Positions 36,601 to 48,600 of a DNA stretch of 64,000 bases are shown here, piece after piece. The position numbers were made by a program, and so were the translations under genes. Within the stretch, counting starts at the first letter, position 1. Every line of letters begins with the position of its first letter. The notes under the pieces are model-generated. The model was given only the letters and a program-made list of their open reading frames with translations, searched no databases and was not told where the DNA came from. The stretch comes from Aplysia californica (taxonomy: Eukaryota): positions 461,450 to 525,449 of the forward strand of contig NW_004797686.1 in NCBI RefSeq assembly GCF_000002075.1, written 5' to 3'.

Positions 36601-39600
36601 CATTGACAAACAATTAAGAATCAAATCATGATTGTGTGTGTACTTTTGATGCAAATAAAACAGTTATTAGTAGATTCGGAGAAGCTAAAAAAAAGGGGGT
36701 TTATGTGTGATGTATTACAGTTTCTTAAATTAAATGTCAAAAGTCTGGAAAGCTAGCAACATCTCACTGCACACCAAGATTCGACTCTTTAATTCCAATG
36801 TCAATTCTGTGCTTCCCTACGGCTGCAAAACCTGGAAGACAACAAAGACAGTGCTGAATAAAGTCCAGACTTTCATCAAGATGTATGAGGGGTATCCTAA
36901 GAATTAAGTGGCAGGATAGAATAAGAAATGAAGAGGACAGGACAAAAGGATATAGAAGTAGAAATAGGATTTTAAGAAAGTGGCGTTGGATGGGACACAC
37001 CTTCAGAAAGCCCAGCGGAAACATCACATGACAGTCACTGCAGTGGAACCCTCGGGGAGCACGAGGCAGGGGTTGGCCACGGGAAACATGGAGATGTGTG
37101 GAAAGGGACATGAGATAGATGAAGCTCACTTGGAACGAGCTAGAAAGGATGGCCCAGGACAGAGATAATGGACGGAGCTTGTATGTGGCCTATACCCTGC
37201 CAGGGGTGAAAGGCACTTATGATGATGATAATAGCATGTTCTTTTGTTAATCCCATCTTTAAACCATAGCAGGAACTTTTTAAAGGTAGGTGTTTTCTAA
37301 AGTCTTTATTTTGTGACATTGTAACAGATTTTCCAAGCACGCAGATTATAAACTATTTTTTGTTGTTGTTTTCAGGTAAGAATCGGCGTATAACTTTCAT
37401 TGAGTGCAATAATGACATCAACTGCATGATCGATGTGGGGAAAATTGCAGACTTGGTAAGAAACTTTTTGGAATAAATCTATGAATGTATAGCTGTGTGA
37501 CTTCTTTATTACTGTTAGATGTTTAAAGTTTTTTATGTTTGGGAGGGTTTGTTTGTTGTTGGTGTTGGGGTTTTTTTTTGGTCTTTCTAGTTGTGTCTAT
37601 TTCACTTTTTAATTTATTTTACGAGAATATTGTTGTCTTGTATTTCACAGCACTCTCATTTACATAGTACAACAAAACTTGTATACATTTTTTTCATTTC
37701 CTTGTTGTTCATGTCTATTTTGTCTGACCACCAATTTCAGGGACGTACACAGTGGCATGTTACTTTCGGAAACAATACGTGTTAAAAAAATAATCTCTTT
37801 AATTTTAGACATGGTGTGTTGTATTGAAGTAGTGTTAAAGCCATTTGACTTGACTGAGTTTTGAAATCTGTTCATGCAGAACAACCAAGTATTACTGACA
37901 TAATGAATAATGTGCATATTGTTGTTGTTTTTTTAGGCCCTCTTAATGGTGGATGCCAAGCAAGGATTTGAGATGGAAGTGTTTGAATTTTTCAACATCT
38001 GCCAGGCAACTGGGTTTCCAAGGTGTATGGGAGTTCTAAATCATTTAGATCTTTTCAAAGACAGCAAGGGGATGAGGAAGAGAAAAAAGCAGTTGAAAAA
38101 CAGATTTGAGGTGGAGCTGTACAAGGTATGTTCTTTGCAAACACAATTTGTATCTTAATGACGATTTTCTAATGGGATGTTTTGTTTGAATGTATAGCTT
38201 GAAAAAATAATTTTTTTTACATTATAATGAATCAGCTTGTTTTAGAGAAGTGTGATTGATTGTAGTAGAATAGAACAACTAGTTTTCAAACAGATTTCGA
38301 TGTTGAAGGTGTCATTGCTCATTTGAAATGTTCCCATTTCAATAAAATGGTATTGTTTGCTCACCCTATTAAGTTACCTTAAAAGTATAAGAACCTGAAA
38401 ATAAAAGATGTACAGTACATTCTTACTGTAAAACTTCAGTATAACATACTCCCTTTTGACCCAAGATTTTGCCCCCCCCCCCCCCCCGAAATGATGGTTG
38501 TCGAGACACGATGGAATCAGGTGCTCATCGATTAAAATTTTTGGACATGTGGAGTAAGTTATTGGTACAATTTCTAAAACTTTTTCATTTGCCTTGCTTT
38601 TGATGAAAATAATAGTCATCTTTCTTAAATAGAAGTCGAGGTACCTCCCATTGAAGAAGGTGGTGGTTGCCTGGTGTCAGGCAAAATGAATGAGAAAATG
38701 GCCGCCAAAGTCTGACCCAGGTAGGAGTGGGCACCTGGCTATCGATGGTGTTTCAGCATTTAATTGGCTGCTTGCACCGTATGCTTTATAGGAAGCTGAA
38801 GATGTTTCTGGGTGTTTTAGTGTTTGCTAGCTGTAAAGCAAATAGAGCATGCTGTAGACCATGGATATGCACTATACCAATGTTTTTATTATTATTAACA
38901 AATGGTCTGGATAAGTTTGCATGTCTTTAGTTTAGTATATCGTCGCTCTCTCCTTTCTTTCAGGGTGCACGTCTGTTCTATTTGTCTATGTTGGTGAATG
39001 GAGAATACCTTCAGAATGAAGTCCACAACTTGTGTAGATTCATATCTGTGATGAAGATGATTCCTCTTACGTGGCGGGCTACTCATCCTTATGTTGTTGC
39101 TGACAGGTACATTGATAATTTTTTGCTTTTTGTCTTTGGGCACAAGAAAATTACATTACAATGAAAAAGAATTCTTGAAAAAATATATGTGGACCCTTCA
39201 AATCTTAGGGATCTTATTACGCACAGTTCTGAAGGTCAGGGTAAAAAAAAAATTATTTGATTGCATTTAAAACAGATTGAGTTTCTGAATTTAAAAGATA
39301 CGCAAATAAATGTGTTTAATCCCCTTCCGTGCAGCTTATTTTCAGGGTTATGCATTTGTTGGAAATTTTTGATGATATCAACAGGCAGGAGGAAGGTAAG
39401 GTTTTGTTAAGTAATTTTTTGTGTGTGTTTGATCATTTTTCTATTTTAGTGTTGTACTTACTTTTTAAAAATTGATGTGACTCTGTGTGAAGCTAAAATT
39501 AGCCTATTTTCATTTGGTTTCAGAATGGAGGATATCACAAACCCTGAGCACATAAGGAAGAACCCAAAGTGTGACCGCACTGTCAGTTTGTATGGATTTG

Positions 39601-42600
39601 TCAGAGGGACACACATGAAGTCAAAGTCAATGGTACATATAGCAGGTGAGGGTAAACGATTGGCGGTTAGTACTCGACATGTCCCAACTGGGCTTGTTCA
39701 CTTAGTTTGTTTTTGTGTTAGACTTGTGTATGTGTACATAGTTTTTTTTCCTCACCGGAGTTTGGACTCGTCATACTGCTTTCCCTGAGACATCACAATG
39801 CTATTTTTAGGGGTCATGGTGAACTTCAAGTGCTGAGTGAATTGTCATGTTTTTGTTGATCATTTGATTCACTTCATATTTGAGGTGCCAAAGGAAATTT
39901 AGGTGTAGCACCTTTATCATAAACGCTGATGGACTTGAGTTCCAACATTTCATTTTTGACACACTTGACTACTTTTTTTTTGTTTCAGGTTGTGGAGACT
40001 ACTATATTAGGAATATGACTTTCTTGCCTGATCCATGTCCAACACCTACCATGGAGAAGAGGCGGTCCCTGAATGTGAAAGAGCGTGTGGTCTATGCCCC
40101 CATGTCTGGAGTTGGAGGAATCGTCTATGACAAAGATGCTGTGTACATTGATGTCCACGCTAAACAAGTGGCAGAAGAGGTTTGTGGTTCATGTGTCTGT
40201 AGATTTTGCTGCTCTCACTCTTTGACTGAGTTGATGGGGAAGCCTTTTAAATCATAAATACCAGTAGCTTCTTAAGAATTATTCTTGAAACATGATAGGA
40301 TAATTTTCTCCTGAAATAATGCTCTTTATTCTGATGCCGTTGGGAGGGGGGTGGGTTATAATAAAATAAAATGTCTGTTTGCAGAAAATGTTTTATTGTT
40401 TTGTAATGATACTATTTAAATAGTAATTTTATGGGGAGGGGTGAGGGTGTCACCATTTATGTGGAGCGTGAGCTGATCTATGTGTTAAAAGGATTGAGCA
40501 GTTTTTATGCTGATGTGAATTACAAATTAATGCATAGAACTATTTCAAAGGATTGGGGCAGTCGGTTTTCTTTTGCTTTCATAATTATCCAGTATACAGT
40601 GATAGATCCTTGTTATAGCAGATCTGGGATCCTTTTTATCGTTGTATGTTTTTTATATTAAAATATTTAGATGATATTGTTCATCCGAATGGTAGACTTT
40701 GATGTTTTCAGTAATTTATACCTATTTTTAAAAAAAATTTCCGTCCTGATGATAGCATGGATGCATTCTTTGATTTATTTGTTCCTTTATTTTAAACATG
40801 TCGTTTTTTACTTCAGGAAAAGCCCACAGGTCTTGTTGCTGCCCTCATGGGAAGTGTCAAACCTGTTGACGAGAAGGTGAAGGAAAGTCAGATCTCTATT
40901 TTCAAAGGTGGTCCTGCGATATCTGGTGAAGAATTCTCCCGAGTCAGGTTAGTTTGGACTAAAATGAACTTTTTCTTTGTGGCGTTAATGTACAAACAAG
41001 ATAGCTGGAAATTCTTGTTTTAAGAATGTATCGATAGATTTTTTAATGTGAATTATTTCGTGCTTTTTTGAGAGAATTTCTTTTGCTTTACACATAAACT
41101 GTATGCCATTCCACAAAATGTTTGCATATATACGTGTGTGACATAACTGTACTACTTGTGGCTTGTGATATGAGAGTAATCAATCCTTACTCTGAAGTGA
41201 AGGCCAGACCGATTTTGGCAAATAGGTTGTTTTTTGTGTGTGTATTTCATTTTCTAGGAAAAATATGATTCTTCATCGATTGGGTCAGCATGTGGTGATA
41301 TTTCTCTTATGTCCCTGTTCACTTCTTGTCTTGTCTGTCACAGCGTTTGTGAGTGTCGCTCAATGTGTTGTGTAGCTGTGCTTTGCCTGTTCAGCAATGT
41401 ATTATTATTAGTCTCTGTCTGCCACTCAAATGATAAAACAATGTTTATAGTATGACTTATTCGCTTTGATTTACAACACAACAGCAGTTTGAGGTCTCCA
41501 TAAGGCCTTTCTTGCTATGGCCATATATACATGTTGTGACGTTTTTTGCAGACACAATTCGGGAAGTGATGAAGAATCTGATGATGATGAAATGGAGGAC
41601 GATGCTGATTCTGGAATGGAAGCAGAGGACCAAGAAGAGGGAGATGATGATGAAGGCATGGAAGAGGAAGATAGTGATGAAGAGGTTTGTTGTTGTTACA
41701 TATTAAATTTATAGATTGATGAAAACGTTTTCATGTCATCAAATCTGTAGGCCATGACAAATAAAAGGGATCTCAAGATTTGAGATACACATATGACATT
41801 TCTGGCAGCCATCTTGGCATTTGTTGAGACTTATCATTTAAGCACATTCTGGGCTGGGATTTACAAGTTTATCCTAAGGAAAATTGTGGAGAGTTCAAGG
41901 AGGGCTTGGGCAGGTGGAAAAGGCCCAAAGTAAGACTTACGGATGCCACAGTCAGTATGTTATATAATTCTACTGGGACTCTAGAGTCTAGATTCTTTTT
42001 CCCTTTTGGGAGAAGTTTGATGAAAAAACTCCTATTTTTTGGTCATGGGGTGGTTGGCGGGTCTTTGTCAGTGTCAAGTTATCCCTCCTTCCCTCCGATC
42101 ACCTAAACAAAAATAAGCTCCTCGTGTTTATCTATTATACTTTGAAGGGCATATCAGGGTAAATTAATTTTGCAGTTATTGAATTTGTGCATGTTTTAAA
42201 TTGTTTCTGCTGTGCAGAGCGAGAGCCCCAGTAAAAAGAAAAGGCGCACAATTCGAATGGATGAGGAAACTGATGACTTGGATCAGCTGGAAGAAAATAG
42301 TGATGAGGAAGAAGGTGACGATGAAAGTGGTAAGTATTTTACTCAGAAATTTATTCTTCAGATTGTTTGCTCATCCGCTAAAACAAATTGTAAGCAGTAG
42401 ATATTAGTATATGTTTGTGTGTTGTTTATAAAGTAATTTTATATTTTTGAATAGATCTTTGTTCTTGAGAATTGGGATTTGCTTTGGTTAGGATTTTTAA
42501 AAAGGTTATAATACTTGACGTACACAAGTTCTTCTCATTTAAGTTTTGAAAATTTACAATTTCTCTGCCTATGCAATTGGGTCATTTGAGTCCCGTCGGC

Positions 42601-45600
42601 ATCTGTAGTGTAATGGTTAGCAGCAAAGATATATAATCTTCTGTAGTTTCAGGGGCAGCAGAAAGTTTCTCTGGTTTTCTTTAGTCTTTTCACTCATTTT
42701 CTCTTCGGTCCTCTTCTTCATATGTCTGCTCTTTCTATATCAAAAGTCGTAGACAGGCAGGGTGGAAGCTGCCCTTCAATCTACATTGTCTCCTTGCAAT
42801 CTCCATCTCAAATGTCAAGATAGTTTTGTTTACTTTTCTGAGAGGGGTACACTTCAATTGTCTATGAGATAGATATAAGCAGACCTGCCACTCATCCCGA
42901 TTTAGTTGGGATATCCCAATTTTTTTTCTCCAAAACTCAAGCATCTCGATTTTCCCGATTTCGATCGCGTTTATCCCGATTTTTTGTTCCAGTCTACTGT
43001 TGCGCCGGATTTTTCTAAAAACTTACTCTGCCTTTTTCTCTATCGCGGGAAGCACCCATTGAGCTTTTTGTCAGTAGGAACTCGGAGCATTTTTTTCCAA
43101 AATATCAATACCGGATTTAGTAGTTGACTCGCCCCAGGTTGTGTTTGATCTTTGCTCACACTCAGAATTTTCCAATGATAGACTGATAACTGTTTCAAAT
43201 ACGACATACAAATAATCTATACGATTCGTAGTTCTGCTGTTACTTTCAAAACAAGCCTCGTCCGAGGTCTAGTAACCGTGCATTCGCATCAAACACTTGG
43301 ACGAGCGACAGTTGTTCTAACCCTTACATAACTGACTGCGCTGACTAGACAAACACTCGGCCATTGTCGTCTCTTTGGTTTGAACGCATATGGAGGATAA
43401 ATAGATTTGTTGGTACATTTGGTCGGTCCGCCGTTGTCGTTAGCCTAGAACGACTGCCGCTTGTCCGGGTGTTTGGGTACACATTGGGGAGTCGGGTCGG
43501 GTCTGTTTGCTAGCCAGATTGAGGACACAAAGCGGCTATCGTGGCACAAACCGATTGCGCCCGACCCATCACCTAAAAAAAGATAAACGCGTTTATTTTC
43601 AGTCAACTAGTCAGGCTATTATCCCGATCTGAACCGACCCGGTCCCATCCGCAATGGGCACCTGGTATAAGCCGGGCCCGTCGGTAAAACTTGTTTCAAT
43701 AGCGCGTTCGTATAATGTGACATGGCTTCAGCGTGTGAGTTCAGCATGTGTCAGGGACCATCCGTTGACAGGGTAAACCTAAGTTCATGCACACTGGTTG
43801 AAGCGTCTTTTGGGCCTTATTGGGGGTTTTTGGGGGGGGGTTAGAGACTTGGGCAAGGAGTGCTTGACGTGATGCTTCAGGATTTTTTTTAAAATGCTGA
43901 TAAAATACACACAAAGGGCATATTTTTACGGACACCTCGGAAAAATTTGTAAGTCAGTCTAGCAGTCACCTTGGTGATTTGCTGTTGATCCCAATTTTGT
44001 TTTTTTACCAAATCCAGATTTTTTTTTGCCCCTGAGATCCTGATTTTAAGATTTCCATAGAGTGGCAGGTCTGTATAAGTACTTTTAATACCAAAGAGAC
44101 TAATAGGAAAAGAAAGACGTCGTCATAATCAGACAGCCACCGGAACAATCAGTATGGGTACCTTGCAGGCTTTGGTGGTGGGGGGAACTGAGCACTTATG
44201 GACCTGTCCGGTGTGCAATGACATTGATGCCCAGGACAGGTAAAACAGAGACTTATAACACATGTTTTGATATATTTGTACCTGCATCTTTTTGTGCTAT
44301 TTGCAGAATCATTTCAATGGAAGCAGAAAATGTTTGAAAAGGCAGCAGTCAAACACACCAAACGAAAAAACTACTTCAGCCTTGTGTATGGTGATGGTAA
44401 GTTTTCATTAGAATAATTAAATAACCTTGTTACACCTACCTTAATTCACTAACAGGCATGCATGAGTAATGTTTTGTGGTTATAATATGATCTTTGTTGA
44501 TGATACTGGTCTCGTGCACTGTATACCAAGGCTTTTTCGTTCACATCTTGAAATATTGTTGGTTTTTTGGGTTGTTTTTTTTTAAGAAGTTCGCAAAATG
44601 TTAAAAGGGGTGCGCTACTGCATTGGATTACAGGACACTGGGTGACTCAAATTGCGAATTCATACTATACGGTTCTGAAAATCGAAATGGATGAAAAGCA
44701 AAAAAAAGTTTGAAAAAAACATGGCATACAGTGGTAATTGAAAGATTACAGTATGGTAATATTACACATATATTATTTGTTTGTTCCTTTCTGCTAACAT
44801 ATTTGTAAGAAATTCATATGGGTTTGTTTTTCTATCTAATATTTTCAAATTTAGTGTTGTAGGGGTTCTCTCGTGGCCTTAGGGGTTAAGGTGTACGCCT
44901 CTCATTCAATAGGTCCTGGGTTCGGATCTGGATAGCGACTGAAATTTTTCTTCTCTAGACACTTACCAACACACAAGCGCCCCCCCCCCGAAAAAAAAAG
45001 GTATTGTAATCCAATGTTACTGGACTGATTTTGGGGAAATGGGATTAATTAAGTTTTTAAAAAATAGTTGTTGCTGACTATACTTGTGCTGTATACACTC
45101 TTCACCAGTTTTTGTCTATTTACAAATTGTTGCTCTTTTTCCTAGAAGAAGCAAACAACTCAGAGGATGAGCACACAGATGAGGATATTGGGGGACTGTT
45201 CAAGGTGCTGAAGAAGAAAGCTGCGGGCATTGCAGAAGAGAAGAAGGCAATCAACAAGAAAGACTGTAGTGCCAGTGGTCCCACTGTTGAAAGTTCCCTG
45301 GATTTAGAGGAGGTAGTTTTTGTTCTTCAGATTCTTTCATTTGGTTTTAGTTGATTAGGGACCTGCAATTTTGGTAGACTCACCTATGCTTTTGTTTAGA
45401 AGCTAGAAGCAGACTACTACACCAATGACTTTTGAGAAAGTGAAAAATTAATTTCTTTGAGAAATCAAATTTACATGTACAATATTTATGCCATTTATTG
45501 GGAGTTTTATTTTGGGCCGCAGTAGGAATGTTTGAATTTTCCGTTGGTTTTATTTTTCCTTTAGAATTAGAGTAAAAAGTGGCCAGGTCCCTAAAAAGTT

Positions 45601-48600
45601 TTTTGCTTTATTGGACCGCTAAAGATTTGTTTGATAATACTGAAGTTCTACCATAATTAATGCAATATTTGTTGTCTATTTATGTAATTTACAGCTTGGT
45701 GAAGAAATCCAAGATGCGTTTGTTACTGGAACCTGGGATGCCAGTGAAGATGCCAAAACTCGCCTAGAAGAAGACGGTGAGTCAAAAGCTGCAACACTTT
45801 ACACTCAAATCTTTTATATCTGGGCAGTACTTGTCATTGCAGAATATGACCCATCGGAAATTTAGTCCTAAAACAGATTAACTCTTTATTTCTGGCAGGT
45901 CACTTCCATCAGTACTCTGTTGAAACCACTGTGCTAGTAAGTGGTTGGCAGAGGCTGTGGCCCATTCCTTTACGAAAACTTTGAAGTGAAATTGCTTTTC
46001 GGCAATTGCAGAAAACATGTCTCTTTTATTGGGAGTTCATTCATCAGATGAACTATCAAATTTTTTAATGACCACTTTAGTGACATATATGTCATTTTTA
46101 GATTTTGTATCAAAACAGGGCTCCAGCAGAGATAAAGAGTTACAGACAATTTCTTTTGAAAATGAATTTTGTCTTTCAGTTTTGTGCTTTTATATGCAAA
46201 AGAAAGGTGGCCCCAAATTCTCCAGCATGGAGCTGGAGACACTGGATCTTGCCTTTCTCCTATTAAAAATCTGTGTGTATTGCTGAGGAGATGAAAACAC
46301 CTATGAGTTATATTATTGGTTTTGGGGTCTCGAAGGAAGTAACAAGAATGGGATCCTCAGCTTTCACGCTGCCTTGAGGTACATGACATAGCGGAGACAT
46401 CTTACCCTTAGTAAGGAAGTTTCATGTGTCGCTCTACAATTTCAATGTTGATGCCACTGAATGAAGGCATGGATGTTATTATGCACTTTGGTAGAAATGA
46501 ATTACACATTTCAGTTGGACTTGTTAGGATAAGGAAGACATTTTCCAACATATCCATATTGCTCCTGCTAGCTTGTCCTTTGTGCTGGTTTATAAAATGC
46601 AAAATTAAAAAAATGTAGTTTAGTTATAAAAATTTTTTTTCATATTGATTTTTCTTTTCTCCTTCAAAGATGAACTGTATGGTGATTTTGAGGACTTGGA
46701 AACTGGTGAAAAGTACACAGCTGACCCAGCCCTTGAAATGGATGAGGATGAGAATGATTCTCTAGATCAGACTAACAGTAATGAAGGTGAAGAAAATGGA
46801 GAGGATGGAGATACAGGTATGAAACCCTTTCATTTCAATTATATTCTTAGCTTAGATCATGGATTGTAGAGGACAACTTGTTTAAAAATTGAAAAAGTAC
46901 TCTATAACATGTTTCATAATCAGCTTTTAGTAGTTACATTTTCAGTTAGTCTGTGCCAAATGTCTGAGCTGTATATAAACATTTTTAAAAAGTTATTACA
47001 TGTGTGTCCAACAGAATAGATGTCAGAAGACCGATAAAATCGGAAATCTCCAATTCTCTTATCCCCCTGTTGAAGAATCCCAGTCAGATTTGATTAACTT
47101 CCAATTTTTTTTTTCTTGAATTCCATTTTCATTTGGTCATATTTTCCTTATTGTAAATGATGTGAAAAGACACATTTGTATTTGTAGCATATGTTTCTTC
47201 GCAAGGTTCGTTTTTTTTTAGTTACTTATTCTCAATCTGTTGGGGTTCTGGAGACTTCAATATATTTTTTCCCAGGCTTTAATTTATTGAGAGGGTTTGG
47301 CGGAAAACTTGTCTATTTCTGGTGTTGAGGAGAGTTGACAGGATTGAGTCAGTCCTGTAGACCTAGACCTTGATCCACGGACTGCCATAACAGTAAACTG
47401 ATGACAAATTGTCATGTCAGTGGTTATTTTCCTCAATACGGTAATACTTTTTGTTCTATTTATTGATCACTTAGTATTTTGTCTCTGTTCCTCACCCTTG
47501 GATGAACGTCTTCTTTGATAGAGGCATGTTTTTATATGCTCAATGCCCTTTAGTGCCATGCTGATTGTCTTGGTTCTCATATAGGTCATTGTTATATTTG
47601 TTACACCACATATAACATTTTTCCCAACAGAGCCTGCTGAGGAGGAATCGAGACCCAAAACTAAGGCAGAGATGACAGCTCATGAGCGACGCCTTGCCAA
47701 AAAGAGAAAAATTAAAGAAGTCTTTGATAATGAATATGACATGAAGGGGGACAATGAGTTTTATGAATCATGGAGGGCTGAGACAGCTGAACAGGCTACG
47801 GTAAGTCTCTAATGTCCCTTTTGTAAAAACATCTTCACCATCCTAGACTTGCCAGGTACTCCTGAAATAATCAATTTTATCTGGATTTCTTTTTATTTCC
47901 CCCTTTAGAAAGATCGTGGTCATTTTTGCGTAATTTTCTATTTTCACATAACTAGGTCCGCATGGGATTGACCCTAATATATGTGGAAATACACTCTGTT
48001 ATGGCAGGCTACATCTACAAGAGTATTGATTATTTTCCGTAATTGATTCACTTCTTCTCAAATAGCTTCAAATAATATTTATATTTGCTCCTTGAGGCAC
48101 GTCTTCACTGTTATGTACCCTTAGAAAATGAATGGCCTTGAAAATTTTGAAGCCAATTTAGCAGTCACCTAGTCTGTCAAAGGAATTTTCCAAAGGAAAT
48201 AATAGTATTACCCTTCACTTCATCATAAATTCATTCTTCAAACTTTTGTATGCTCCAGTTTTTTGTATTTTCTTTGTTAGAGTTTATATATTTAGCACTT
48301 TTTGACATGATAGTTTCTTGACATTTTTTGTTAAAGTAGAATTTCCTTTCTTGATTCGCAGCTGAACAAGTCAGAGTTTGAAGAACTGCCTGAAGAGCAA
48401 CGAGTTCAGTACGAGGGTTTCAGGCCAGGCATGTACGTGCGCATTGAGTTTGAACAGATGCCATGTGAGCTGATTGAGAACTTTGACCCAACTTATCCTA
48501 TTGTGATAGGGGCAATGACAAATGTGGAAGAAAAGCTTGGCTATGTCAATGTAAGTATATTGTATACATGTCTGAATCTAAGTATATTCATTTTGATCTT

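Noticed and set aside
45990-46180. Group I intron P/Q/R/S-like or RNase MRP-like motifs
   Set aside because: P4 cannot pair, the R-S spacing is too short and CR-I/CR-V do not match. The long closing stem is better explained as a piggyBac-like TIR.
47844-48011. Possible hAT-like MITE with a 5-bp TSD (CATCC/CATCT)
   Set aside because: The TIR is short and imperfect and the TSD is mismatched; insufficient support.
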